Positions 36,746-49,609 of a stretch of 64,000 nt of DNA are shown here, one piece after another. This DNA is from Planktothrix sp. GU0601_MAG3. Its GTDB lineage: Bacteria; Cyanobacteriota; Cyanobacteriia; Cyanobacteriales; Microcoleaceae. Position 1 is the first letter of the stretch. Every line of letters begins with the position of its first letter. The stretch covers positions 3,188,578 to 3,252,577 of the forward strand of contig CP136572.1 of NCBI GenBank assembly GCA_035193785.1. Direction: 5' to 3'. The position numbers and the translations under genes were made by a program. Under the pieces are notes generated by a model. That model saw only the letters and a program-made list of their open reading frames with translations, ran no database searches and was not told where the DNA came from.

Positions 36746-39700
36746 TCATAATTCCCTATTCTCTAAACTTTCCAGATATTTAGAAATAGCATCATTCAGA
36801 TCTTCAATCATGATCGGTTTACTCAGATAATCATTCATTCCTATCTGCAAACATCTTTGACGATCGCGCTCCAAAACATTAGCCGTCACTGCGATAATCC
36901 AGGGTTGAGTTTGGGCAGATTGGCGAATCATTTCCGTTGCGGTTAAACCATCCATTTCTGGCATTTGCATATCCATTAAAATGATATCATAGGATTGTTT
37001 TTCTAACATTTCTAATACTTCTAATCCATTGTTAGCAATATCCGCATCATAGCCAAAAACTTTCAGAAGTAATAATCCAAATTCTTGATTAATCTCATCA
37101 TCATCGGCGATCAAAATTTTTAATTGCGATTGATCAGGAATTTTTTCGATTTTAGGTAAAGCGGGATTTTTTAGTAAATTAATATCGATCTCAGAAGCGA
37201 GTTTTAATTGCAGGGTAAAATAAAAAGTTGAACCTTGGGTTTGAGGTTGTTCGGGCTCTAAGAAAAAATCCGGGGGCGGATTTCCCCCAATATTACCTAG
37301 ACTTACTACCCAAATTGTTCCCCCCATTAAATTAACTAAACTCCGACTAATCACTAATCCTAAACCCGTACCGCCATATTTACGACTAATGGAAATATCT
37401 CCCTGGGTAAAGGGTTGAAAGAGTTGATTAATTTGCTCGGCATTAATCCCAATTCCCTGATCTTGAATCGAGATAATTAACTCATATTTCTGCTCGGAAA
37501 TAGGTTGACCTATTACCCGAATAGAAACACTGCCACGGTTAGTAAACTTAACCGCATTTCCTATTAGATTTAATAAAATTTGTCTCAAACGAGAAATATC
37601 TCCTAAAAAATAATTAGGAATATCAGGATCAATGAAATAGGTGAGATCAATTTCCCGTTCTACAGCTTCTTTTTGTAAGAGATCACAGACCGACTGGAAT
37701 ACAGTTCTTAAAACAAAAGGATTTTCCTCTAGTTCCAAATTCCCCGATTCAATTTTTGAGAAGTTAAGAATATCATTAATAATAGTTAAAAGTAGATTCC
37801 CGCTATCCTGAATCATATCAACTAATTTTTTTTGTTCCTGGGAAAGATCGGTCATCAACAAAAGTTGAACAATCCCAACTACGCCATTCATCGGGGTGCG
37901 GATTTCGTGACTCATATTGGCAAGAAAATCACCTTTGGCTTTTGTTCCGGCTTCCGCGCCTTCCTTCGCCTCGGATAGAGCGATTTCTGCCTGTTTGCGA
38001 TCGCTAATATCCAGCATTGTGCCATAGATATCCGTGATCTGATGCTGTTGATTATAACCGGGCTTCCCAATAGCATTAATATACCGAATCACCCCATCAT
38101 TATAACGAATAATTTTTAGATCCAGATCATAAGTAGTTCCTTCGGTTTTGAGTATTTCTAACGCTTCTAAAAATCTAGCTTGATCTTCAACAGAAATGCG
38201 AGTAATTAACTGGGATAATGTGGGTTCTCCCAAATTAAAATCAAGACCAATAATCTTAAATAATTCCTTTGAACAGCGCATTTTTCGAGTCTGGAGATTC
38301 AATTCCCAGTTTCCCAGATGGGAAATACTTTGAGCTTCTTCTAGGCGCTCGTTTGCTTTTTTTATATCTTTTTGAGTCTCTTTTTGTTCTGTAATTTCTG
38401 TAATTACGCCCCCGACTCCAGACTGTCCACCTTCTAATAAAACTGGATAAAGACTACCGACCCAATATCGAGTTTGTAAAAAGATAGGGGTTAGGGTTTG
38501 AAATTCTACATTTCTCATGGTTGCACCCGTTTCTAATACTTGACGCATTAAAGGTTTCATAGGTATCCGCCCATTCAGGAAATAACTCTTGTCCAGTTTT
38601 GCCAATATGTTCTGCTACGGATAAATTATTAATCTTGGCAAAGTTTTCATTAACTTTCACAAATTTTAGATTTTGATCTAGTAAACATAACCCCACGGGA
38701 CTATTAATATAAATATTCTCTAACCAATTATTACTGGCTTGGAGTTGATTTTGAATTTTTTTCAAATCATTAATATTAATAAAGGTGACAACTACTCCAT
38801 TATTGTCATTATTTTCCCCCCTATAGGTGTTCACTCGCATCAAGAATTGTTCTTGAGTCCTTTGGTTGATCAATTCTAATTCTAAGGGAATTTGAGTTGT
38901 GACAAAATTTGATAAAATTTCAAGTAAGTTAGGACATTCTAAATTGTGGGTAAAATGCCTTAGGGGGCGGTTAATATCAGTGGGGAGAATATTAATAATA
39001 TTACTGGTAGCTGGGGTAAATTTTCTAATATTTAGATCATTATCCAGAAAAATTACCCCGATATCGGTACTGCGGAGCAAATTATCAATATCATTAGTTA
39101 GTTCGGTGAGTTGTTGAATTCTGGTTTGATGTTCTGAATTAACCGTATAAAGTTCTTCATTCACGGACTGTAATTCTTCATTGGTACTTTGCAATTCCTC
39201 ATTAGAAGCTAGTAATTCTTCATTAGTTGCCTGTTGTTCTTCATTGGTTGTTTCTAATTCCTCAATCGCCGCTTGTAAATTTTCTCGGGTTTGTTGCAGT
39301 TCATATTCTAATTCAGCAATTTGTTTTGCGGTTTCAATATCTACCTGAAAATCAATCTGATCGGATTTGTTTTCTAATGTTGTTTTTATCTCCAATAAAA
39401 CCAACAAAAACTCATTCCTGCTTGGGGATTGATTAGGAAATGCTATTTTTAAACTTAAGCTCTCATTCACCCCATGCCTAAACAAATTAATGCCCGTATA
39501 TAGAACATTTTGTCCTTCCCGTTTGGCTCGATTGATCGCGGTTCTCAGGGGTAATTGTAAAGAGGTGGGAACCAATTCCGTAATATCTAATTTGGGCTTA
39601 CCTGTGGAAAAGGATAGCAAATCTGCACCATTATGAAAAATATGCAGTAATTGGTAGTCTTGATTGATTAATACACAGGTTAGATGTTGTTCTGTAAAAC

Positions 39701-41265
39701 AAAGATTAAAAACTGAATCTAAAATCCGTTCATACTGAAAAATATTGCGATTAGATGCGGCTGGTAACTTGACTGGAGCTAATAGGGGTGGCTGGGGTAG
39801 GGGGATTAAACCGAGTTGAACTTCTCGCTGTTTGCGGAAGATTTTCCATCTTTGATCGATAGCAATAAATTCCGTTTCTATTTCTCCCAAGGTTTCCGCA
39901 TTTCCCAACAACAAAATCCCTTGGGGAGCCAAAGAAAAATGCAGTAAGCGTAATACTTGTTGCTGAAGTAGGGGCTGCATATAAATCAGCACATTTCGGC
40001 AACTAATCAAATTCATTTTGGAAAAACCCGCATTTTTAGTTAAATCATGGAGGGCAATAATTAACATCTCGCGTAAATGCCGTCTTACTTGATAGTAACC
40101 GTCTTTATAAATAAAGTATTTCTCTAAACGTTCAGGAGTAATAGCATTTTTAATGCTTTCGCCATAAATTCCTTGAGAGGCTATTTCTAGGGCTTTACTA
40201 TCGAGATCGGTGGCAAACATTTTGACGGAGATCTCTTTATTCGCCGCCTGAATTGCTTCATCAATTAATATGGCTAGGGAATAGGCTTCTTCTCCGGTAG
40301 CACAGGCGGGAATCCAGACTCGGATTTGTTCCTGGGGTTCTAAGGAGTTGATGAACTCCGGTAAAACCTGCCGTTCCATTAATTCCCAGGCTTGAGGATC
40401 TCTAAAGAATTGGGTGACACCAATTAATAAGTCTTGACGGAGTAATTTTCTTTCCGTTTCCGATTGATTTAATAAAGTAACATACTGAGTTAAATCCGGG
40501 GATTGGGTGATGCCACAACGATTCAGAATCCGACGACTCAGGGTGCTAATTTTGTATTGACAAAAATCAATCTTTTCGTATTTGGATAAAATCCCCAGGA
40601 TTTGTTCAAATTGTTCGACGGGAATTAACTCTCCGGCTTTGAACTGAGAAATGGAATAGTTGAGGGAATAGCCGACTAAACTATAAACCGCCTGGGCTAG
40701 ATCTTGAGGGGATAAAATTCCATCCAAGCAATCACAAGGTATCACACTACTCGGCATACTCGTGAATTGGGCGGTTTCTGGGGACTGAAACCAGGGCAAC
40801 TCCGCCTTTTTGACTAATGGCTTGTAATCCTTCTGTGCCATCGTTTCCCGCTCCCGATAGCAGGATTCCGATTACTTTTTCCCCCCATTCGGTGGCTAGG
40901 GATTTGAAGAAAATATTAATCGGATGATTCACCCGCTCAGAAGGATGTTCTTCTAATCGTAAGCAATCATTTTCGACTGTTAAAATGTGACGCGGGGGCA
41001 ATACATAGATATAATTAGGATGTAGTTGCATCCCATCTTTTATTGATTGAACCTGCATTGAGGTGCATCTTTGAATTAATTCTGGCATCAAACTGGGAAA
41101 ATCGGGAGAAAGATGTTGCAAAACCACAAAAGCAGCACCGGGATTATTCGGTAAGTTGGTAAAAAATTCCTCTAGGGGTTGTAAACCTCCGGCTGATGCA
41201 CCCATGGCTACTACAACAAACTTTTCTGGTTGTTCGGGGCTATTATTCTGGATATTTTGTGTCAT
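36746..41265 (-). CDS. CheB-CheR-PAS hybrid histidine kinase with receiver domain, ~1505 aa (frameshifts at 38554-38558 and 40787-40791)
   Basis: GASAGG (CheB), [25 protein letters not shown] (CheR), [11 protein letters not shown] coil, PAS domains, [21 protein letters not shown]. Confidence 0.9.
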
Positions 41266-41569
41266 ATAAGATATTAGGGGGTACAATGAAAAGGATGGGT
41301 ACAGGGCTGGAAATTTTATTTATTAACCGGATAACTTATCTATAAATTGGTTTTGAATAAACGCATATTTTATCTAAATTAAAAACTTTTGTCAATATTT
41401 TCTAGTCATATAATTAATTCTGATCAGAATGGGGTATTTTGCCGATGGCTAATACTCCAATTCTATAATTTTTCTATCCAATCTTGGGCGGATTGATCTA
41501 ATACAAATCCTGGTGGGATATTTTGCCCCGATAAAGATTAAAGACCAGTCTTGAGTCATCTTCAGATAA

Positions 41570-41665
41570 CGTAGAGACGTACCCGGGTACAGTCACACCT
41601 AAAGCCGTTGGCACGTCCCCACAGCCCGGAATTTATTTCCGGGCTCCTGGCGTTCAGTTTATACT
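41570..41665. repeat. Cluster of degenerate palindromic repeats
   Basis: gtagagacgt..., gtacccgggtac and agcccggaa tttat ttccgggct. Confidence 0.5.
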
Positions 41666-41750
41666 GCTGGGTGCGCCTTCCCCTACGATTAAGCAGCTTA
41701 CCAAAACCATACAAACTGCCCATTACCTATTTCCTGTTCCCTATTAATAT

Positions 41751-42048
41751 TTAGCTCACAGAAAAGGTAATCGTTAGCAAAATAATAACAAATAAAACCG
41801 CCCCCGCCCCCAGGAAAATATATCGTTTTTGTTGCCAAGGTGAGGGATATTCCGAGGAGTAGATATCAGGTTTCAACAGCGAAGTTATTGATCAGACCTT
41901 CATCATCTTTAGTGTAGCCCGTTCCTGGAACTACATTAGGAGATTGAGGATCATTTGTGGAAACTTCGGCAGGAATGAGTTCGCTACCGTCGCTGCGATG
42001 ATCTGGGTTGGGGTTGAGGGTTGTCCCTTTAGTTTCGGAGTTGGTCAT
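41751..42048 (-). CDS. psb34: Photosystem II assembly protein Psb34-like (frameshift at 41870-41874)
   Basis: Repaired YTKDDEGLINNFAVEPDIYSSEYPSPWQQKRYIFLGAGAVLFVIILLTITFSVS*, with one C-terminal TM helix. Confidence 0.8.
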
Positions 42049-42120
42049 GTTGCCCTCTTGTTGAATTTATACTTTCTATTATAGTCTATTTAAACAATAA
42101 ATGTGTTGCTAAATTGGAAA

Positions 42121-42226
42121 GGCAATAGGGAATAGGCAATAGGGAATAGGTAATAGGGAATAGATAATAGGGAATAGGCAATAGATAATAGGGAATAGAC
42201 AATAGATAATAGGGAATGGGGATAAT
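42121..42226. repeat. Heptamer tandem repeat (aataggg/aataggc/aatagat)
   Basis: About 15 units; reverse-complement units (tattgcc) at 42320-42345. Confidence 0.88.
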
Positions 42227-42378
42227 ACTTTTAGCTGCTTATCCGATCTGTTATAGCAGTTGCCACAACATTCTTGAAAGCTAAAAGCTGCTCATAGTAA
42301 GTATTTCCCTATAGCGAGATTGCCTATTGCCTATTGCCTATTGCTATATGATAGATTAACTCCATTTTAGGATTTAAA

Positions 42379-42726
42379 ATGAAAGCACAAGCCTATGATC
42401 GGATTAAAACATTAGTGGATATTCCAGCAGATTTGGGAAAATCCCTAATTCCGAAAGGAACAATTGGAACAGTAATCGAATGTTATGAACGTCCGAAAGA
42501 GGGATATGCGGTTGACCTAACTATTCTCAGTGAAACCGGAGAATCGGGTTTTGAATATGAGAATGTAATTCTGTATCCTGAGCAGTTCTCTGTCGTCAAT
42601 GATACCCCAGAAATGGGGAATTTTATTTCGGTGTTTGGCGATATTAGTTATGAAGTTCCCCAGGTCGGTAATGAGCAATCCCATTCCCCGGAAACCCCAC
42701 CAGTAGAAAAACCGACTCAGGAGTAG
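42379..42726 (+). CDS. DUF4926-like protein
   Basis: YDRIKTLVD...IPKGTIGTVIECY...EGYAV...ILYPEQF. Confidence 0.6.
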   Translation: MKAQAYDRIKTLVDIPADLGKSLIPKGTIGTVIECYERPKEGYAVDLTILSETGESGFEYENVILYPEQFSVVNDTPEMGNFISVFGDISYEVPQVGNEQSHSPETPPVEKPTQE

Positions 42727-42850
42727 CATCAAACTAAAATTAGGACGGGATAAAATTGTAGATAAAACCTGCCCAGAATTATGCTATATTTCTCTACGGA
42801 GTGTTTAAAATTATTCATTCTGTGGAGAAATTTTAACTTTAAATAAACCT

Positions 42851-44436
42851 ATGAAACGCATATTAAAATACAGTTTTATTCTATTTTTTGTCGGGATGGT
42901 TTTAGCGATCGCTCCTCCGAGTTTAGGACTATTTAACCCCGGATTTGACCTGAGAATTATCCATAGCAATGATCATCACGCCCACCTAGAACCCGTCACC
43001 ATTAAAGACACAGAAACTAGGAGGTATTGTTCGACGTAAAACCCTAATTGATCGCTTAAAAACCCAAAATCCCCGAGAAACTCTCCTCCTAGATGCCGGG
43101 GATATTTTTCAAGGCACTTTATATTTTAATCAATATTTGGGTCAAGCGGATTTACCCTTTTATAATCAGATGAATTATCAAGCAGTTACCCTGGGAAACC
43201 ATGAATTTGACCGGGGACAAACCGTTTTAGCTGATTTTATTAAAAAAGCCAAGTTTCCCATGCTTTCGGCTAATTTGGAAATCGCGCCTAATTCTCCCTT
43301 AGCTGGGTTAGTAAAACCTTGGGTGATTCTATCAGTTAAAGGGAAAAAAATCGGGGTATTTGGTTTAACCACAGAAGCCACGGCTAATATGTCAAGTCCC
43401 GGGGAAGGAGTGGTTTTTAAAGATGCCATTCAAGCGGCAAAAAAAGCGGTTTCTGAGTTAAAAAAACAAGGAGTAAATAAAATTATTGGGTTAACTCATA
43501 TTGGCTTAGAATCGGATTTAGAACTGGCTAAAACCGTTAATGATATTGATATTATTATCGGGGGACATAGCCACACGCCGTTAGGTTCCATGCCCAATGC
43601 TAAACAACCCTATCCTATTGTTGAAACCACCCCAAAAGGTCAGAAAGTATTAGTGGTGACGTCTTGGGAATGGGGGAAATATTTGGGGGATTTACAAGTT
43701 AAATTTAATCGCCAAGGAGAAGTAACTTCTTGGACAGGAACACCCCACGCCATTGATGATCAAATTCAACCGGATGCCAGCTTTTCCCAACAGTTAGCAA
43801 AATTTTCCGCTTCCCTAGAAGTCTTACGTCAAACAATTATTGGCAAAACCTTAACCTCCTTAGAAGGAAGTCGGGATTTAGTTAGGACTCAAGAAACTAA
43901 TTTAGGTAACTTAATTACCGATGCCATGTTAAATAAATTAAGACCCGATGGTGCTGAAATTGCCCTATTGAATGCTGGAGGAATTCGGTCTAGTATTCCC
44001 GCCGGAAATATTAGTGTGAGTCAAGTGATTGAAGTTATGCCTTTTGGGAATACAATTGCTCGCTTGGATTTAACCGGAGAACAAATCAAAAAAGCCTTAG
44101 AACATGGTGTCAGTCAAGTGGAATTAGGGGAGGGAAGATTCCCCCAAGTGTCAGGATTAAGGTTTATATATGACCCCAAAGCTGCGGCGGGTTTCTCGGG
44201 TGATTTCCGTTACCATTGTTGATCAATCAGGACAAGAAAAACCCCTAGATTTAACCGCCACCTATCGAGTGGTTGCCAATAATTTTATGTCGATTGGGGG
44301 AGATGGTTATGAGGTAATGAAATCAGGAAAAAATCAAGTTGACACCGGATTTTTATTGGTGGATGTGGTGATTGATTATATTAAAAAGCAATCGGAAATT
44401 AATGTTAAATCTGGCGATCGCATCATGGTGAAATAA
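42851..44436 (+). CDS. Secreted 5'-nucleotidase/metallophosphatase (frameshifts at 43013-43017 and 44191-44195)
   Basis: Signal peptide, HSNDHH, LDAGDIFQG, LGNHEFD, GGHSH, NAGGIR, FPQVSG, GGDGY. Confidence 0.92.
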
Positions 44437-44497
44437 TCATTTTTAACATGAAATCCTTAAATATTTGCCACGGATCATTAATCGGTATCTCGTGGCT

Positions 44498-44553
44498 ATT
44501 CCCCATTCGTAATTCGTAATTCGTAATTCGTAATTCCCTATTCCCTATTCCCT
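44498..44553. repeat. Heptamer tandem repeats (aattcgt; tattccc)
   Basis: Directly visible. Confidence 0.85.
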
Positions 44554-44620
44554 GCTATATAATGGAAAAAGCCATCCTCCGTATTGCTAAAATACGGAGT
44601 TTCTACCCAAATTTTTGATA

Positions 44621-45341
44621 ATGAAATTATTCAATTTTTTTGTTTTGACTGGAACAATTCTCAGCTTGAGTCCTAATATTAATAGTTTAACATTAGACTC
44701 TGTGCCCTCTAATTCTTCAGTCAAATTAGCTCAAAATTCTAGTTCTGCTTCTTCAATTCAAGGATATTGTTTTTCTATTGCCGATGATAATATGGACTCC
44801 ACCGCCCGGATTTATATTGATGGGAATAAAGTCACGGGTCGAGTTGAAGCGACGATTCATAATAAAAAAGAATCCTATTATACTTCCTATACTCAAATAT
44901 TAGAAGGGACGAAAAATGGCAATAAATTAAACTTAAATATTACCACGAAAATTGAGTTAGATACCCAAAAAACCAAGGAAACTTGGACGCTAAATTCAGA
45001 CTCTTTAAATACGGGACGAACAGTTTATAAAAAACAACCCTGTTTAGTCTCTCAAGTCCGTTTTGCCCCCGGGAAAAATTCGGCAACCGTGAGTCAGTCG
45101 GTGGTACTAGGTAGTCGCAATATTTATTTATTAAAAGCCAAACAGGGCCAAAGAATGGATCTTAAAATTACTGCTTTAGAAAATAACGCTGTTTTTGATG
45201 TAATTGCCCCCAATGGGCAGGTTTTGAAAACCGCAGCCACCCAGTCTAGTTTGAAATTACCCGCCACCGGAAATTATGAAATTGTCGTTGGTGGAAACTC
45301 GGGGGAATGCTAGTTATCAATTAACCGTTAAAATTCAATAA
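44621..45341 (+). CDS. Secreted hypothetical protein with C-terminal PPC-like beta domain (frameshift at 45294-45298)
   Basis: Signal-like N-terminus; VRFAPGKNSA...YLLKAKQGQRM...LPATGNYEIVVG-GTRGNASYQLTVKIQ after repair. Confidence 0.7.
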
Positions 45342-45344
45342 GAA

Positions 45345-45409
45345 AGAAACCGGGTTTTTAACAGTGATTTATTGCTAGTTATCCAGACTAATGCAAAAAC
45401 CCGGTTTCT
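45345..45409. repeat. gaaaccgggttt palindrome pair between convergent genes
   Basis: agaaaccgggtttt ... aaaacccggtttct. Confidence 0.75.
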
Positions 45410-45424
45410 GGTTTATTAAAGAAG

Positions 45425-46512
45425 TTAATCAACCTTTTTGTCAGTGTTCCAAGCCGATTGATAATAGACTTTTGAACCGTTATCAGGAACAAAATGACAA
45501 GACCGATAGGATGTAATGAAACTTTTCCAAATCGGTTCATTAGAAGACCGATAATATTCACCCAGTAGGGGTTTAATCGCCTCCGTTGCTGTTTTCAAAT
45601 GATAGTGAGGCATACTCAAGAAAATGTGATGAGCAACGTGAGTTCCGATATTATGATGAATGGGATTAATAAAGCCATAATCTCGGTCAATTGTGGATAA
45701 GGCCCCTTTGAGGAAATACCAATCGTCCCCCCGATACCAGGGAATATCAGCCTCGGTATGATGTAAGTAGGTGACTAAATCCAGCCATATCACAAACACG
45801 AAATAGGGCATGAAATAGTATTTCAGGAAAAACACCCATCCAAACTGATAGGTGATAAACCCTAAAAAGCTTACCATTACAATCATCCAAGATGTACTGG
45901 TAATAATATCCCATTTTTCTGACTCTTTAAACATAGGGCTGCTCGGTAAAAAGTGAGAGCCTTTACGCAGGGGAGAAGAACTTCGGAACAGATAAATCGG
46001 ATAGGCGACTAAGGGGATATAAAAGGGCAACAGCTTTTCATACCAAACCATCTTATTGAACGAACTTTCCGTTACCGGATGCCAACTTTCATCGGTATCA
46101 ATATTTCCGGTATTGGCGTGATGGGTTTTCTATGGCTGATGCGCCAACCGTGATAGGGAACTAGAATCGGAATATGGGACAGATGGCCAATTAAGTTATT
46201 CAGCCATTTGATTTTGGAGAAAGACCCATGACCGCAATCATGGCCCACAACAAATAACGCCCAAAACATCGTTCCTTGCATCACCCAAAAGATGGGGAAA
46301 AATAGCCAAGAATCGAGTTTATAGGCGATAAAGTACAGACCAGCGATGATCGAAATATCAATGAAGAAGTAACTTAGAGATTTCCCAACTGAGGGTTCAA
46401 AACAATGGGCGGGAATGGCCGCTTTGATATCTTGGAGAGTAAAGGGTAACTCTGATTTCCTAGTTGCTGAGGCACTAAGAGTAGCCTGGTTAGAATTATT
46501 AGGTGATTGCAC
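45425..46512 (-). CDS. desB: Omega-3 (delta-15) fatty acid desaturase (2-nt frameshift at 46125-46130)
   Basis: His boxes HDCGH, repaired HRTHH and HVAHH; QGTMFWALFVVG. Confidence 0.93.
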
Positions 46513-46785
46513 AGATATTGTGATTGAATCTGAGTGAGTAGTCCCCAGTTGTATTTTCACCCCAAACTGAACCACAAATATCCGGGTTGGGGATGTTAAC
46601 CTGAACTGCGGGTTTTGAACGGAACTTGTTCCACCCTGATTATAACTCGATTTTTGTAACAAATCTTAAATGAGTAAAATTATTCAGCCAATCTTAGCCT
46701 GGGGTGCGGCTTGGGTGTTCAGGGGAGGGCTTTAGCCCAACAACCTTTTATCTGGGCGAATAATGATGACCACGGACTTAAAAGG

Positions 46786-47464
46786 TTAGGGTAATTCCCC
46801 AAATTGTTCTCGATATTTTGCTAATAGTGTTTCTGCTGCTATTGCGGCTTCTTCGGGAGTGGGAAGAAGTTGACCGTCTGAGGTGAAAAAACGCAATTGG
46901 GAGTTATAAAGACCTAAAAATAATTCCAATTGTTGACTCCATAACCATCCTTGAGAATTGGGTTTCAAGGGGTTGATATTTACCCTCAACTAAATGAAAT
47001 CCGGCTAATTCTAAGGTGTCAGGATCAAACCAAAAATAATCAAAGGTGCGAAAGGTATCTTGATAGAGTTGTTTCTTTAATCCCTTATCAATTTCTGCGG
47101 TGGATGGAGATAAAAGTTCAATAATAATATTAGGATATTTGCCTTCTTCCCAAATCACCCAACTGCGTCTGGGTTTGCGTTCTGTGTCCAAAACCACAAA
47201 GAAATCTGGCCCTCTAAAATCCTGTGATTTTTTTTGATTCGGGTTAAAATAGATAGTTAAATTTCCAGAAACATAAAAATCTTGACGGTTTCGCCACCAC
47301 CACTCTAAAAGATGAATCAGCAGATCAATTTGTCTGCGGTGTAAATCACTTTCCACGGGAGGTTCCTCACTCCATAAATCACTAGGTGGAAATATAATAT
47401 CATCAAATTCTTCCGGTTGTTCTAATCTTTGAAGGTTAGCGGGTTCGTGATCAACAATAAACAT
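46786..47464 (-). CDS. Uma2 family endonuclease-fold protein (frameshift at 46962-46966)
   Basis: EPPVESDLH, FRGPDFFVV, IIELLSPST, YFWFDP; repaired YQPLEPNSQGWLWS. Confidence 0.9.
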
Positions 47465-47539
47465 AAACAGGTTAACCGAATTAGGATAGATATAGTTTAG
47501 CGTAACCTTCAATCATTTGTCGAATAGAGTAATATTAAA

Positions 47540-47917
47540 TCAACTAGATTGGGGAGTAATTACTTTCGATAAGGGTTGAATGGCATTTTTTAATGTTTCT
47601 TTGTTCAACTCAAGTTTAGGTTTAGGAACAGAACTAATATTAGTTAGGGGTAAACGAGCTAATGCTAATTTTGAAGTTGCTGTTTGTTCAGAATCGTTAT
47701 TAATTAAAATAGCACTATTCAGAATTTCTAACTGAGCATCCACAATATCATCATAGTTTTCATACCAACTGGCGATCGCAATTGACAAAGTTTCAATATC
47801 ATCGGGTAAGGGTTCAATTAAATCAATTAGAGCTTGACGGTGTGAGTTAGTAAATAATTGAGGCTGTTCTTCTAATAATTTTAAAAAAGCCTCTAGGTTT
47901 TGATGGTAAAAAGACAT
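47540..47917 (-). CDS. Hypothetical protein
   Basis: 125-aa ORF with GAGGA ribosome-binding site; no motif recognised. Confidence 0.65.
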   Translation of the reverse strand: MSFYHQNLEAFLKLLEEQPQLFTNSHRQALIDLIEPLPDDIETLSIAIASWYENYDDIVDAQLEILNSAILINNDSEQTATSKLALARLPLTNISSVPKPKLELNKETLKNAIQPLSKVITPQSS

Positions 47918-47976
47918 GGATTAATCCTCTCAATTGTTATAAAAATAATGATATCAAATTTAACGTTAATCAAGAT

Positions 47977-48011
47977 ATATAGCAAGTCTAAATCAATTAG
48001 ACTTGCTATAT
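47977..48011. terminator. Perfect 15-bp hairpin downstream of lpdA (terminator or minimal repeat element)
   Basis: atatagcaagtctaa atcaa ttagacttgctatat. Confidence 0.55.
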
Positions 48012-48021
48012 TAAATTAAAT

Positions 48022-49453
48022 CTAATGACCCCCAACACCAACAACCGCCCGTTTATAGGCTTCGTCCAGCACTTCAGAAAGGGTAGGATGGGTATGAACT
48101 GAGAACACTAAATCATGGACAGATTGACGATGATACATGGCATTTGCCGCTTCTTGAATTAAATCAGAAGCATGGAGACCAAAGATATGAACCCCTAAAA
48201 GTTCCCCCGTATCTTTGCGATAAATAACTTTAGCCATACCTTCGGTTTCTCCCTCCGCAATGGCTTTAGAATTACCCTTAAAATAGGTTTTCACCGTGGC
48301 AATTTCAAACCCTTCTTTTTCGCCTAATTCCTTCGCCGCTGGTTCATTTAAACCCACATAACTAATTTCAGGATGGGTAAAAGCCGCCGCTGGAATACTG
48401 CGATAATCCACCGCCCGAGGACGTCCGCAAATAGTTTCTACAACGGCGACTCCCTGGGCGGATGCGGTATGGGCTAACATCATTTTACCCGTCGCATCTC
48501 CAATCGCCCATAAATGGGGAACAGGTTCACCCCCAGATAATACCTCTAAATGATCATTTGTAGGAATAAAACCGCCCCGAATAGGTTCCACATTCACCGA
48601 TTCTAAACCTAAATTTTTACTCACCGGAATCCGTCCAGTCGCCACCAAACAAGCATCCACTTCTAGGACTTCTTCTACTTCTTTAGTTTTGGTATCGGCT
48701 AACTCAATAATAACCGGAGAACCCGGCGTTACTTTTAATGCTAATTTCCCAACTTTAGTTTCAATATCCCGGGGATTAATTAAAACCCGTTGAGCTAATT
48801 TAGCAATATCAGGATCAAAAGTTGGCATTAATTGATCCAAGGCTTCAATCATGGTTACTTCACAACCTAAAGCCGTATAAATATCAGAAAATTCTAAGCC
48901 GATATAACCGCTTCCAATAATAGCAATCCATGGGGGTAGGGATTCCAATTTAACCGCATCATCACTGGTAAAAACTGTTTTGTGATCAATCGTAATTCCC
49001 GGGGGAACAAAAGGCACAGAACCCGGGGCTAAAATAATATCTTTAGCGGTAATAGTTTTTTCTCCATTAGTTGTTTCAATGGTAACTTTATTCGCCCCAG
49101 CAATTTTACCCCAACCTTGAATCACATCAACCCCTAACCGCTTCAAACTATTGGTTAAATCACCCCGAAGTTTAGTGACAATATTATCAGCATGGTTGGC
49201 AATTTGTTCCCGATCAAAACTGACTTGTCCTAACTGAATTCCTAAATTTTTTAAGTGATGGGTATTATGTAATTCCCTGACCCGTCCCGATGCGGCTAAT
49301 AACGCTTTAGAGGGAATACAGCCTCGATTCACACAGGTTTCCCCCCATGTCCCCCGCTTCAATAATTGCGGTTTTCAAGCCACAACCGACGGCGTGGATA
49401 GCAGCACCATGTCCGCCCACTCCCGCACCAATAATCACTAAATCGTAATCCAT
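48022..49453 (-). CDS. lpdA: Dihydrolipoamide dehydrogenase (frameshift at 49337-49341)
   Basis: Repaired [14 protein letters not shown]...[32 protein letters not shown]. Confidence 0.97.
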
Positions 49454-49609
49454 ATTCTGTTACTACTCTATTGGGATTAAAAAATATTACCGTTTTCCCT
49501 GCCCCTTGCCAACTCAATCGCCTTTACAAAAGCCAGATTAGTTTGGTGTGCCCCCGGCTTTTTGCGGTAAGCTAGACTCGATTACTGTGTTTGTCACCCT
49601 GATTGTAAC

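Noticed and set aside
42121..42226. Tandem repeats here and at 12163, 36688, 44498, 53476 and 61114 as CRISPR arrays
   Set aside because: Units are 7-10 bp with no unique spacers and no cas genes; ordinary cyanobacterial short tandem repeats
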